DNA of 64,000 nucleotides from an uncultured delta proteobacterium (lineage in GTDB: Bacteria; Desulfobacterota; Binatia; UBA9968), in the NCBI GenBank assembly GCA_963840855.1, contig CAWJBB010000051.1:40516-104515 (forward strand), written 5' to 3'. Under the pieces are notes generated by a model that was given only the letters and a program-made list of their open reading frames with translations, did no database searches and was not told the DNA's origin. Position numbers and translations under genes: made by a program. Positions within the stretch are counted from its first letter, which is position 1. Every line of letters starts with the position of its first letter. Below are positions 33,138 to 43,879 of this stretch, piece by piece.

Positions 33138-34364
33138 TCAAAAAAATTCATCCAGCCAGTAGGACATGCGATGGCGGAATTTGGCCATGAGACCGTCGTC
33201 GCGCATGCCGAACGGTCCGCGTTCCTGGCGCCCCATGCCATGCAATACCAGGCCGACGCCGGTGGCGTACGCGGGACTGGAGATCACGCCCGCCAGGCCG
33301 CGGATATGCGCCGGAACGCCGAGCCGCACCGGCAATTCCAAAACCTGTTCCGCCATATCCACCGCGCCGGGAAGCAGCATGGAGCCGCCCGTCATGACTG
33401 CGCCGGCGGCCAACAACGCCGCATATCCGCTCTTACAGAATTCTTCGCGCACCAGTTGAAATACTTCATCCAGGCGCGGCTCGATGATCTCACAGAGAAT
33501 CTGCCGTGAAACACTGCCCGCTGCCTTGCCGGCGGCGCTCGGGACTTCGATGCGCTCGTCGGACGCAGCCATCGAAGTCTTAGCCAAACCGTAGCGTTGC
33601 TTGATTCGCTCCGCATCGGCGAAAGAGGTGCGCAGGCCGGTGGCGATATCATTGGTTACGTGATTGCCGCCGATGGGCAGCACCGCCGTGTGGCGCAGGC
33701 TGCCATCGTGATAGACCGCGATGTCGGTAGTGCCGGCGCCCATATCTACGACGGCTACGCCCAACTCGCGCTCCTTTTCGCTGAGCACCGCTTCCGCCGT
33801 GGTCAACGGCATGAGCGCCAGGCCGGCGACGCTGAGCCCCGCGCGGTTGCAGCACTTGATCACGTTTTGCGCCGCCATCGAGGAGCCGGTCAGAATATGC
33901 ACCCGCGCTTCGAGGCGCACCCCTGACATGCCCAGCGGTTCCTTGATGCCGTCGTGTTCGTCGAGAATGAAATCCTGAGGCAGCACATGAAAAACTTCTT
34001 GCTCGGTCGGGATCGCCACCGCCTTCGCCGCGTCGAGTACCCGGTCGAGATCCCGCGCGCCCACTTCCTTGTTTTTCACGGCGACGATGCCGTGGCTATT
34101 GAATCCCTTAATGTGACTGCCGCCGACGCTGGTGAAGATCGAATGGATTTCGCAACCGGCCATCAGCTCGGCTTCTTCTACCGCCTTTTTGATGGAGCCC
34201 ACCGTGTTCTCAATATTGATGACCACTCCTTTGCGCAGCCCCTGCGATGGATGGGTGCCGAGGCCGATGATCTCGACTCCCTGGTCGGACATCTCACCGA
34301 TCATGGCCGCGACTTTCGAAGTGCCGATATCCAAGCCCGCTACGATGGTGTGTTTCTTCGTCAT
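33138..34364 (-). CDS. ftsA: Cell division protein FtsA
   Basis: GLDIGTSK, DMGAGTT, AERIK. Confidence 0.97.
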   Translation of the reverse strand: MTKKHTIVAGLDIGTSKVAAMIGEMSDQGVEIIGLGTHPSQGLRKGVVINIENTVGSIKKAVEEAELMAGCEIHSIFTSVGGSHIKGFNSHGIVAVKNKEVGARDLDRVLDAAKAVAIPTEQEVFHVLPQDFILDEHDGIKEPLGMSGVRLEARVHILTGSSMAAQNVIKCCNRAGLSVAGLALMPLTTAEAVLSEKERELGVAVVDMGAGTTDIAVYHDGSLRHTAVLPIGGNHVTNDIATGLRTSFADAERIKQRYGLAKTSMAASDERIEVPSAAGKAAGSVSRQILCEIIEPRLDEVFQLVREEFCKSGYAALLAAGAVMTGGSMLLPGAVDMAEQVLELPVRLGVPAHIRGLAGVISSPAYATGVGLVLHGMGRQERGPFGMRDDGLMAKFRHRMSYWLDEFF

Positions 34365-34385
34365 GACTCTCTAACTCAACTCCCG

Positions 34386-35207
34386 TCATTGGCTTTGCCG
34401 CGCCTCTCTGACGCGCGTCACGGCCTGGCCGCGATAACTCACGTCCAGCGACGCCAGCCGCTCCTCATGTCCCCTCCACAGGGAGAGCACGCGTTTCACC
34501 CGCAAGATTTTGTCGTCCCAGTCTCCCCATCCCATGTGCAGTGCCATCGGATAGGCTGTGGTATAGACCACCACTCGCTCCGGCGCGGCGAAATGAATCT
34601 CTGAAAGCTTGTGCCCATCCATGGCCATCAGCTCACCCAGCCGCAGCGCCTCTTTGAGACGGCGGCGCAGAGCCGGGTCAGCTGCCGCCAATTGCTCCGG
34701 GCGGAGTCCTGTGATCATCGGCAAGCCGAGCTTGTCGCCGGCGCCGACTTCCGTGAAGACCAAGCCGTCGGAATCGACATAGTAAAGTTGACCCATCGCC
34801 ACGATCGCTTTGGGCGCGCGCTCCTCGACTTCGATTACCACGCTGCGCGGAAACTCGCGGCGTACCAGAACGCGGCGCACCCAGGGATGTTTGGCGAATT
34901 TCTCTTCGATGGCCGTCGGATCGATCTTCCAGATATTCATGCCATGTTTGAGACCCGCCATGGCGACGAGCTCGCCACCGCCGACCCGGTCGCCGCCGCG
35001 CACCTGAATTTCGCGCACGGAAAAATAGGGGCTGTCCAAAACAAACGCTTTGGCCGCCCGCGCCGCACCGCGCAAGCGGCCGCCCCACTGGTAAAGCGCC
35101 GCCGCAATCAAGCAGACCGAGAGCAGCGCGGCAATGCTCCACAGCCGGCGGCGCCAGCCGGCCGCGGGCCGTTTGCGATTGCCTTTGCGATAGACCGTCA
35201 ATTGCAT
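34386..35207 (-). CDS. ftsQ: Cell division protein FtsQ/DivIB
   Basis: TM helix, POTRA domain (HPWV...VRREFP), position in dcw. Confidence 0.9.
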   Translation of the reverse strand: MQLTVYRKGNRKRPAAGWRRRLWSIAALLSVCLIAAALYQWGGRLRGAARAAKAFVLDSPYFSVREIQVRGGDRVGGGELVAMAGLKHGMNIWKIDPTAIEEKFAKHPWVRRVLVRREFPRSVVIEVEERAPKAIVAMGQLYYVDSDGLVFTEVGAGDKLGLPMITGLRPEQLAAADPALRRRLKEALRLGELMAMDGHKLSEIHFAAPERVVVYTTAYPMALHMGWGDWDDKILRVKRVLSLWRGHEERLASLDVSYRGQAVTRVREARQSQ

Positions 35208-35223
35208 AGGCTCGTCTTTTCGT

Positions 35224-36153
35224 TCAAACCGCCGGCCAATCGCCCAAATACTTGACCTCCGCCGTCAGCTCGACGCCGAAGCGCTGCTCTACTTCGGCGC
35301 GCGCCAAGTCCATCAGTTGGCGCACATCGTCCGCTTTGGCAGCGCCGAGATTGACGATGAAGTTGGCGTGACGCTCGGAAATCTGCGCTTGGCCGATGCG
35401 CATGCCTTTGAGCCCCGCCGCTTCAATCAACCGTCCCGCGAAGTCCCCCGGCGGATTGCGAAACATGGAACCGGAATTTGGATACCCCGAGGGCTGGCTG
35501 CTTTTTCGCCGAGTCACCAGCTCGCGCAGTTTAGAACTTACCTGCGAGGCTTCTTGTCTGCTCAAGCGCAGCCGCCCCCGCGTCACCACCATGCCTGGCG
35601 GCAAATTGGCATCGCGATAGGCGAAATTCAGCTCCGTCCTGGCAAACCGCGCCACCTCGCCTTCCTGCGTCACGCCTTCCAGCTGATCGACGATTTTTTC
35701 GAATTCCGATCCATAAGCGCCGGCATTCATCACCAACGCGCCGCCCATGGTACCTGGAATGCCCTCGGCGAATTCCAAACCGGTGTAACCTCTGCGCGCC
35801 GCTTCGCGCACTAACTGGGTAACCGAGCAAGCCGCCCCCACATCCGCCCACACGCCCGTTTCATCCTCGCGCCACTCGACGCGCTTGAATATACCCCCCA
35901 AGCGAATCACCGCGCCGCGCACGCCGCGATCGCTGATCAAGACATTGCTGCCATTGCCAAGCAGGCAAAGGGCGGCGCCATGGCGCCGCAGCAGCGGCAA
36001 CACTTGGCGGAGCGCCGCATCGTCTTGCGCTTCGATGAAGTAATCCGCCGGGCCACCGATTTTCATGGAAGTGTAGCGCGCCAGCGGCTCATCGGATTTC
36101 ACCTTGAGCCCGGCAATCAGTTTCAGCTCTTCTGCCAACCCGCTCTCCGCCAT
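35224..36153 (-). CDS. murB: UDP-N-acetylenolpyruvoylglucosamine reductase
   Basis: GNGSN, GIPGTMGGA.MNAGAYG, GSMFRNP, HANFIVN. Confidence 0.96.
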   Translation of the reverse strand: MAESGLAEELKLIAGLKVKSDEPLARYTSMKIGGPADYFIEAQDDAALRQVLPLLRRHGAALCLLGNGSNVLISDRGVRGAVIRLGGIFKRVEWREDETGVWADVGAACSVTQLVREAARRGYTGLEFAEGIPGTMGGALVMNAGAYGSEFEKIVDQLEGVTQEGEVARFARTELNFAYRDANLPPGMVVTRGRLRLSRQEASQVSSKLRELVTRRKSSQPSGYPNSGSMFRNPPGDFAGRLIEAAGLKGMRIGQAQISERHANFIVNLGAAKADDVRQLMDLARAEVEQRFGVELTAEVKYLGDWPAV

Positions 36154-36163
36154 AAAAGACTCA

Positions 36164-36275
36164 CTGGAGTGTTGGAATATTGGAATACTGGAAAATTGGA
36201 ATTGTACCCGCTTCCTCATCCAGCTATACCATTACTCCATCATTCCATTCTTCCATCGCTCCAGCGTTCCATCGT
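36164..36275. repeat. Octamer repeat inverted arrays between murC and murB
   Basis: TGGAGTGT TGGAATAT TGGAATAC TGGAAAAT ... TTACTCCA TCATTCCA TTCTTCCA TCGCTCCA GCGTTCCA. Confidence 0.75.
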
Positions 36276-36277
36276 TT

Positions 36278-37649
36278 CTATTGCAGCGCCGCCATCAACG
36301 CTTCACCGATCTTGTAGACATCTCCCGCGCCCAGGGTCAGCACGATATCGCCGTCTTTCACGGCTTCTCGCAGTGCCGTGACGACGTCGTCCCTCGCCGC
36401 GATGTACTGCGCTTCGAGGTGGCCCTGCTTCTTGATCGCTTGGTACAAAGTTTCGCTGCTCACGCCGGCGATGGCATCCTCGCCCGCAGCGTAGATATCG
36501 GTGAGAATGAGCCGGTCAGCGCCGTCGAAGGCGGTGACAAAGTCATCGAAAAGATCCTGCGTGCGGCTGTAACGGTGCGGCTGAAAGACCACTGTCAGCG
36601 GCCGCTTCCAGCTGTCGCGAATGGCACCCACGGTGGCGCGGACTTCGGCGGGGTGATGGCCATAGTCGTCGATGACCATGACTCCTCTGGCCTCGCCTTT
36701 CACCTCGAAGCGGCGGTGAATGCCGGAGAAATCCGCCAGCGCATCGGCGACGCGCGCAAAAGGAATTTCCAACTCCCGGGCGACGGCCACCACGGCCAAT
36801 GCGTTGGTTGCGCTGTGCCGTCCGAGCAGGCGCAAGTTTAAGGTCCCCAGGGCCCGGCCGCGATGGATCGACGGAGAATTCAACGCCGGCGCCGCTCATT
36901 TTGATTTCCTGCGCGGAAAAATCGGCGTCCGCCGAGAGCCCGTAAGTCACCGAGCGTTTTTTCACCTTGGGCAACAGCCCTTGCACATTGGCGTTGTCCA
37001 GACACAAAACCGCGAGACCGTAGAATGGAATCTTATTGACAAAGTTCAAAAAGCTCTCGCTCAAGCGCTCCATCGTCTGATGGTAATCCATATGCTCGCG
37101 GTCGATATTGGTCACCACCGCGATGGTCGGCGCCAGAAAGAGAAAACTGCCGTCGCTTTCATCCGCCTCCGCGACGATAAATTGGCCTTGGCCCATCTTG
37201 GCGTTGGTGCCGAGGCTGCGCACCCGGCCGCCGATCACCATGGTCGGATCGAGACCGGCGGCGCTGAGCACATGGGCGATCATCGACGTCGTGGTGGTCT
37301 TGCCGTGGCTCCCGGCCACCGCTACCCCATATTTCGTGCGCATCAACTCGGCGAGCATTTCAGCGCGCGGAATCACCGGGATCTGGCGGCGGCGCGCCTC
37401 GAGCACTTCCGGATTGGAATATTTCACCGCCGTGGAGACCACCACCACCGTGGGATTCATCGCCAGGTTGTCCTCCTGGTGTCCGACGAACACCCGCGCG
37501 CCCAAGGAGCGCAGCCGCGCCGTCGCTTCGCTATCGTGGAGATCGGAGCCCGTAACCGAATAACCCTCGTTCAGCAAAACTTCCGCTATGCCGCTCATGC
37601 CGATGCCGCCGATGCCGACGAAATGTATTTTATGTTTTTTGTGCAGCAT
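36278..37649 (-). CDS. murC: UDP-N-acetylmuramate-L-alanine ligase (frameshift near 36865, probably sequencing error)
   Basis: [23 protein letters not shown]; DDYGHHP and FQPHRYSR in a second frame. Confidence 0.95.
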
Positions 37650-37671
37650 GACCTTCGCGCCAACGGGTAAA

Positions 37672-38754
37672 TCATCTGGGCGCCAGCGCATAGCATTCGT
37701 CGACTATCCGCGCCGCCGCCTCGGGCCGGCCCAAGCCACGGGCCGCCTGCGCCATCGCCAGCAGCCGGTCCGGCGCCGAGAAATAAAAGCGCAGCCGCCC
37801 CGCCAGCTTTGCGCCGCTCAGCTCTTGATCAAGAATCATCTCCGCCGCGCCGCCCGCCTCCAGGGCCTCAGCGTTACCGCGCTGGTGGTCGTAAATCGCG
37901 TAAGGATACGGCACTAAAATCGCCACCTTACCGAAGGCGGTGAGCTCCGCGACGGTGGTCGCGCCGGAGCGGCAAACGATGAGATCGGCGCGCGCGTACG
38001 CTTCATCCATTTGGTCGATAAACGGCGACACTTCAGCTTCGAAGGAAAGCGTGGCGTATGCCTCTTTGATCGTGGCAAAGTCCGCCTGCCCGGTCTGGTG
38101 AATCACCCGGAGGCTGGGCGCCAGATCCACCAACAGATTCAGCGCGTCGATCATCGCAAAATTGATGCGGCGCGCGCCGGCGCTGCCGCCGAAAACTAAC
38201 AGAGTGAACTTTTCGCCCTTGGCCACCGCGGGCAGGCTCCCCCAGCGCACGGGATTTCCCGTCGCCATCACTTTGGCCCCGGGAAAAAATTTCCCGCTGT
38301 CGGCGTATGAGGTAAACACGCGATCAACGAAGCGCGCCAATAATTTATTGGTAAAACCGGGGCGCAAATTTTGCTCCATGATGGCACGGGGAATTCGCCG
38401 CACGGCGGCGGCAAGCAGCATTGGCCCGGAGGCATAACCGCCCAACCCGATGACGATGTCCGGACAAAACTCACCGATGATTTTGAGACAACGCAACAAA
38501 CTTGCGGGGACACCGGTGACAGCATCGAGCACGCCGCGCGCGCCCCGGCCCTTCAGGCCTCTGACGGACAGTGTTTCCAGTTTGAAACCTTGCCGCGGCA
38601 CCGCCCGCGCTTCGATCCCCTGCGCCGTACCAATAAATAGAATATCCGACATTGAATTCGAATTCTGCGCATCCCGCCGTTGAAATTCCCGCGCCACGGC
38701 CAGCCCGGGGAAGAGATGGCCCCCGGTTCCCCCGCCGGCCAAAATCACGCGCAT
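37672..38754 (-). CDS. murG: Lipid II GlcNAc transferase
   Basis: GGGTGGH, GGYAS, GNPVR, GGSAGA, RSGATT. Confidence 0.97.
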   Translation of the reverse strand: MRVILAGGGTGGHLFPGLAVAREFQRRDAQNSNSMSDILFIGTAQGIEARAVPRQGFKLETLSVRGLKGRGARGVLDAVTGVPASLLRCLKIIGEFCPDIVIGLGGYASGPMLLAAAVRRIPRAIMEQNLRPGFTNKLLARFVDRVFTSYADSGKFFPGAKVMATGNPVRWGSLPAVAKGEKFTLLVFGGSAGARRINFAMIDALNLLVDLAPSLRVIHQTGQADFATIKEAYATLSFEAEVSPFIDQMDEAYARADLIVCRSGATTVAELTAFGKVAILVPYPYAIYDHQRGNAEALEAGGAAEMILDQELSGAKLAGRLRFYFSAPDRLLAMAQAARGLGRPEAAARIVDECYALAPR

Positions 38755-38756
38755 GG

Positions 38757-39851
38757 CTAGAGTCTCCGGCGCGAAAGACCCAATAAGATTCCGGCCTCCA
38801 TCAAATTAATCACCAGGGCGGATCCACCGTAACTGATAAACGGCAGCACCAGCCCTTTGGCAGGCATTATTCCCGTCACCACTCCCATGTGAATCAATGC
38901 TTGCAGTCCCAACAACACCGTCAAACCGAACGCGAGATATTGCTCGAACGGCTCTTCGATTTTGCCGGTCAGCCTCATTCCTCGCGCGACGATCAGCCCG
39001 AATAACGCCAGCACCGCCAGCGCGCCCAAAAGGCCGATCTCCTCGCCGATGACCGAAAAAACGAAATCGGTGTGCGCCTCGGGCAGATAAAATAGCTTCT
39101 GGCGTCCCTCGCCCAGCCCGCGCCCCCAGAACTGCCCGGAACCAAAGGCGATGAGCGACTGAATGACTTGGAAGCCGGTGTTCTGCGGATCGCTCCAGGG
39201 ATCTAAAAATGTTGTCAGCCGGCGCACGCGATAGGGAGCGATGAGCATGACGTAAACTAACGCGGGCAACGCCAACAGACCGGTAGCGAGCAAATGGGAA
39301 ACGCGCACGCCGCCGATGAACAGCATCGAGTAGAGCAGCATGACGAGAATCAGCGCGGTGCCGAAGTCCGGCTCCAGAAGCAAAAGCCCCAGGCAAGCGC
39401 CGGTGACGATCAGATGCGGCAAGACGCCGATGGCAAAAGTTTTGATCCTGTCTTCCTTTTTGGCCATGGAATGAGCGAGATAAATCACCAGCGCGAGCTT
39501 GGCCAGCTCCGCCGGTTGAAACCCGAAGCCGGCGAACGTTAGCCAGCGCCGCGCGCCGCCGCGCAGCGCGCCGATGCCGGGAATCAGGACCAGAATCAAG
39601 ATCAGCAAGGTCAATCCCAATAGCGGATACGCCAGCCGCCGGTACGCCGGCGCCGACAAAAGCGAACAGGCGATCAATCCGATGACGCCGGCGCCCAGGG
39701 CGATCAACTGCTTGCGGAAAAAGTAAGTGCCGTCGGCGAAGCGCTCGTCGGCGTAAAGATAACTGGTGCTGAGCACCATGGTCACGCCCACCACGAGCAA
39801 TCCAATGACGGCGATAAGCAGCCATTTGTCCACCGCGAATCCGTCTTTCAT
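38757..39851 (-). CDS. ftsW: SEDS peptidoglycan glycosyltransferase FtsW
   Basis: GARRW, QPAELAK, EPDFG, LPEAHTDF, SYGGS. Confidence 0.96.
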   Translation of the reverse strand: MKDGFAVDKWLLIAVIGLLVVGVTMVLSTSYLYADERFADGTYFFRKQLIALGAGVIGLIACSLLSAPAYRRLAYPLLGLTLLILILVLIPGIGALRGGARRWLTFAGFGFQPAELAKLALVIYLAHSMAKKEDRIKTFAIGVLPHLIVTGACLGLLLLEPDFGTALILVMLLYSMLFIGGVRVSHLLATGLLALPALVYVMLIAPYRVRRLTTFLDPWSDPQNTGFQVIQSLIAFGSGQFWGRGLGEGRQKLFYLPEAHTDFVFSVIGEEIGLLGALAVLALFGLIVARGMRLTGKIEEPFEQYLAFGLTVLLGLQALIHMGVVTGIMPAKGLVLPFISYGGSALVINLMEAGILLGLSRRRL

Positions 39852-41182
39852 AGGGCCTGCACCAAGTTCTTGAACAACCGGCCGCGCTCCGCGTAATTGC
39901 GAAACTGATCGAAACTCGAACAGGCCGGCGACAGGAGCACTACGTCGCCGGCGCGAGCCGCCGCGGCGGCGTCACCCACGGCAGCTGTCAGATTCTCCAC
40001 GATTACCGTCTCCGTTAAAGTGCCCAGCGCGCGGGCGATAACATTTTTTGCGGCGCCGAACAGCACCAGACGGCGCACCTTGCGCTTGATCTCTTCCTCG
40101 AGGGGACCATAGTCGCCGCCTTTATCCACGCCCCCCGCAATCAGAATCACCGGGGCGGAAAAACCGGCCAGCGACTTCACCACCGCGCCCACGTTGGTTC
40201 CCTTGGAGTCGTTGTAGTAACTCACGCCATCCTTCTCGCGCACGAATTCGAGGCGGTGTTCGAGGCCGGGAAAGTTTTCCAGGGTCTGCTGGATCGGCTG
40301 GCGAGCAACGCCCGCCAGCTTGGCCGCGGCGACGGCCGCCATCATGTTCTCCACGTTGTGCACGCCTTGTATTTTCACATCCGCGAGCGGGAACCTTTCT
40401 TCGTTAGCACCATCGCGCCAGACGATCATGTTGGCGGTGGCGTACGCGCCTTCAGAAACCTCGGTGAATCCAAACGATATCACCCGCGCTTTCACGGTAG
40501 CTTTAAGCGCCCAGACCCGCGGATCCTCGCGATTGAGCACGGCGAAGTCGCCTTCAGACTGCGCCTCGAAAATTCTTTCCTTGGCGCGGCGGTAATCGTC
40601 GAAAGTTGCGTAGCGGTCCAGATGGTCTTCGGACACGTTTAGCAACCCCGCAATGCGCGGCCGGAAGCGCTCGATCCATTCCAGCTGGAAACTACTGATC
40701 TCGAGCACGCCCCAATCCCACTCCCCGGAAGCCGCCCCGATGAACGGCGTCCCGAGATTGCCGCCGACGAAAACTTTCTGGCCGCCGGCCTTAACCATTT
40801 CACCGATCAATGTCGTGGTCGTGCTTTTGCCGTTGGTGCCGGTGACCGCCACCAAGGGCGCAGGGAAAAATCGATACGCCAACTCGATTTCACTGAGCAC
40901 CGGAATACCACTTGCCGCGGCTTCGCTAAGCAGCGGATTTTCCGCCGCTACGCCCGGACTCGGGATGACGCAGTCGATGGCTTCGAGCCAGCCGCGCTCT
41001 TCAGCGCCAAAAAAATAACGGATGGGCAACCCCGCGAGGCTTTTGACTTCGTCCTTGAGTTCCGCTTCCGGCCGCAAATCGCTCACGGTCACGCTTGCCC
41101 CATGTTCAACCAGAAAGCGCGCGCACTCTCTGCCCGTGCGCGCCAGTCCGATGACCAAAACCTTTTTGCCTTTGAGCTCCAT
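39848..41182 (-). CDS. murD: UDP-MurNAc-L-Ala-D-glutamate ligase
   Basis: GTNGKSTT, SSFQL, DHLDRY, NDSKGTN, SPACSSFD. Confidence 0.97.
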   Translation of the reverse strand: MELKGKKVLVIGLARTGRECARFLVEHGASVTVSDLRPEAELKDEVKSLAGLPIRYFFGAEERGWLEAIDCVIPSPGVAAENPLLSEAAASGIPVLSEIELAYRFFPAPLVAVTGTNGKSTTTTLIGEMVKAGGQKVFVGGNLGTPFIGAASGEWDWGVLEISSFQLEWIERFRPRIAGLLNVSEDHLDRYATFDDYRRAKERIFEAQSEGDFAVLNREDPRVWALKATVKARVISFGFTEVSEGAYATANMIVWRDGANEERFPLADVKIQGVHNVENMMAAVAAAKLAGVARQPIQQTLENFPGLEHRLEFVREKDGVSYYNDSKGTNVGAVVKSLAGFSAPVILIAGGVDKGGDYGPLEEEIKRKVRRLVLFGAAKNVIARALGTLTETVIVENLTAAVGDAAAAARAGDVVLLSPACSSFDQFRNYAERGRLFKNLVQAL

Positions 41183-41197
41183 ACATCGCCGCGGCCG

Positions 41198-42274
41198 TCA
41201 CCTGAGCTTGAGCGTGCTCAGACCGATTACCGCGCAAATAAAAGAAATGATCCAGAAGCGCACGATGATCTGCGGCTCTGCCCAGCCTTTGAGCTCATAG
41301 TGGTGATGAATCGGCGCCATGAGAAAAATGCGTTTACGCCTGAACTTGTAGGAAATGACCTGAAAAATCACCGAACAGGCCTCCAGTACAAACACGCCGC
41401 CAACGATGATCAGGAGCACTTCGTTTTTGGTCATCACGGCGACGATGCCCAGCGCCGCCCCCAGTGAGAGCGAGCCCATGTCGCCCATGAACATTTGCGC
41501 CGGATAGGCGTTGAACCAGAGAAAGCCCAAACCGGCGGCCACCATGGCAGCGCAGAAGACGCTGATTTCACCGACGCCCGCGACATAAGGAATCTGGAGA
41601 TACTCCGCCAAATTCCGGTGCCCCGTCACATACGCGATCACCGCGTAGGTGCCGGCGGAAATCATCACCGGGCCGATGGCCAGCCCATCGAGTCCGTCCG
41701 TAAGGTTCACCGCGTTGGACGCGCCGACAATCACCAGGGCAGCGAACGGAATATAATAGATACCGAGGTCGGGACGGATATTCTTTATGAAAGGAATACC
41801 GATCGCGGTGCTGAACCTGGGGAAAAAATAAAGCGCCGCCGCCACCGCCAAGGCGATGCTGAATTGACCGATGAGTTTCGCGCGCTTGCTGAGGCCTTTG
41901 CTGTTTTTCTTGGAAAGCTTCAAATAGTCATCGAGAAACCCCACCGCTCCGAAGCCCACCGTGCCCAGCAACGCGATCCACACATAGAGGTTGGCAAGGT
42001 CTGCGAGCAGCAATGTCGCCAGCGTCAAAGCCAGGAGAATCAGCGCGCCGCCCATGGTCGGGGTGCCGGCTTTGACCGAATGAGAGGCCGGACCGTCGTC
42101 ACGAATCTGTTGGCCGATCTGCTTGCGCGTCAACGCGCGGATCAACCACGGTCCCGTCAAAAGTGACACGAGCAGCGCCAACAAGGCCGCCATGGCGGCG
42201 CGAAAGGTGATATAGCGAAAGACGTTGAAGCCGGTGTAGGTCGTGTGCAGGGAAAACAATATATAATAAAGCAC
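41198..42274 (-). CDS. mraY: Phospho-MurNAc-pentapeptide transferase
   Basis: [28 protein letters not shown]. Confidence 0.97.
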   Translation of the reverse strand: MLYYILFSLHTTYTGFNVFRYITFRAAMAALLALLVSLLTGPWLIRALTRKQIGQQIRDDGPASHSVKAGTPTMGGALILLALTLATLLLADLANLYVWIALLGTVGFGAVGFLDDYLKLSKKNSKGLSKRAKLIGQFSIALAVAAALYFFPRFSTAIGIPFIKNIRPDLGIYYIPFAALVIVGASNAVNLTDGLDGLAIGPVMISAGTYAVIAYVTGHRNLAEYLQIPYVAGVGEISVFCAAMVAAGLGFLWFNAYPAQMFMGDMGSLSLGAALGIVAVMTKNEVLLIIVGGVFVLEACSVIFQVISYKFRRKRIFLMAPIHHHYELKGWAEPQIIVRFWIISFICAVIGLSTLKLR

Positions 42275-42284
42275 TGCCTTTTCC

Positions 42285-43758
42285 TCAGTCTTTGCCTTTC
42301 AACGCATCCAAGACTTTTTCCATCTTCATGCCCCGCGAACCTTTGATCAGCAGCCAGTCGCCCGTTTGAACGTGACCTCTCAGCTGCCGCGCCACAGCGC
42401 CATGGTCTTTGCCGATGATAATCTTTTCCTCGCCCATGCCGCCGCTGCGCGCGCCAGCCTTGACCAACGCCGCCTGGGGTCCGAGGAGATAGAGCCGGTC
42501 GATGCGCTCTTTCGCCACCCGTTTGCCGAGCTCTCGGTGCTCCCGTCCACTGGCTTTTCCCAGTTCGAACATGTCGCCCAGGATGGCGATCTTCTCGCCC
42601 TTTCCACCCATGGCCGCCAGCGTCTTCAGCGCCGCCTCCATCGATGCGGGGTTGGCGTTGTAGGCATCGTTGATGATGCCGGCGCCGCGCCATGAATGGG
42701 CTTCCATGCGCATGGCATAGGGCTTGGCCTTTTCCAGGCCGCGTCGAATGGCAGCGAAACTCGCGCCTAGGCCAAGCGCCAGCGCCGCCGCCCCTACGGC
42801 GTTACTGACATTGTGCCGCCCCAGATAGCGCAGTCTTACTGGGCAGCGCCGGGCCCCCGCGCAGAGCATAAAACGCGTCCCTTGCGCATCCACGGGCCGC
42901 ACCCTTTCAGCCCGCACCGAGCCGCGTCGTCCATAGGAGATTTTTCGCCCTTTGAATTTCGCGCCCAACCGGCGCACCCGCGGATCATCGAGATTCACCG
43001 CGATGGTGCCGCCAGGACGCAGATTGCGAAACAACTCGCCTTTTTCCCGAGCCACCCCCGCCAGACTGTTCAATCCTTCGAGATGGGCCGCGGCAACGGC
43101 CGTGATGATGCCCATGTCCGGCCTAGCGATCTCGGCGAGCCGCTGAACTTCTCCTGGACGGTTGGTGCCGATTTCGACGATGGCAACTTTGTGCGACGGG
43201 CGCAGCCTGAGGAGAGTCAACGGCAGGCCGACGAGATTGTTGAAGTTGCCTTCAGTCTTGAGAACTTTGCCGCGCAATCTTCGGCCGTTCAAGACCGCTT
43301 CAGCAAGGATCGCCGCGGCCATTTCCTTGGTCGTCGTTTTGCCATTGGAGCCGGTTATGGCGACTACCTTGGGCGCAAATTTTTGGCGGCGATAATGGGC
43401 CAAATCGCCCAGCGCCCTGAGCGTATCGCCCACACGCACGATGGTGGCGTTGGGCGCAACCGGCGCGCCTGTGGTGAGCCGCGTCGAACCACCTGTGGTG
43501 AGCCGCGTCGAACCACCTAGTGATGAGCTTAGTCGAACCAGGCACGGCGCGATGGATGATAACACAGGCGGCGCCGCGCTTGAGGGCTTCCGGAACGAAG
43601 CGATGGCCATCTAGGCGCTCCCCTTTCAGAGCGACGAAAACCGATCCCTTTTTGACCTTGCTCGAATCCGTCACGACTTCGCCAAATAGGTTTTGCTTTG
43701 CCTCCCGCGCGATCCTACCGCCGGTGGCCGCGAGGATTTCCTTTTTCGTCCAGGACAT
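42285..43758 (-). CDS. murF: UDP-MurNAc-tripeptide-D-Ala-D-Ala ligase with REP-like insert and frameshift near 43520
   Basis: [39 protein letters not shown]. Confidence 0.95.
43468..43540. repeat. Three tandem REP-like palindromic units inside murF
   Basis: CCTGTGGTGAGCCGCGTCGAACCA x2 (24 nt each) plus CCTAGTGATGAGCTTAGTCGAACCA (25 nt). Confidence 0.9.
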
Positions 43759-43879
43759 GTTTTTTTTGAGTCACCGTCAAGCTCACCATCGTTTCCGCGC
43801 CTCGTCACTACGGCGCGGCGAAAAATTCAGTTCAAGGTTCAAGGTAGAAAAACTCGGACTCAAGATCGGAACCGCAGAC

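Noticed and set aside
43468-43540. Mini CRISPR array
   Set aside because: Units are contiguous with no spacers, lie inside murF, and there are no cas genes
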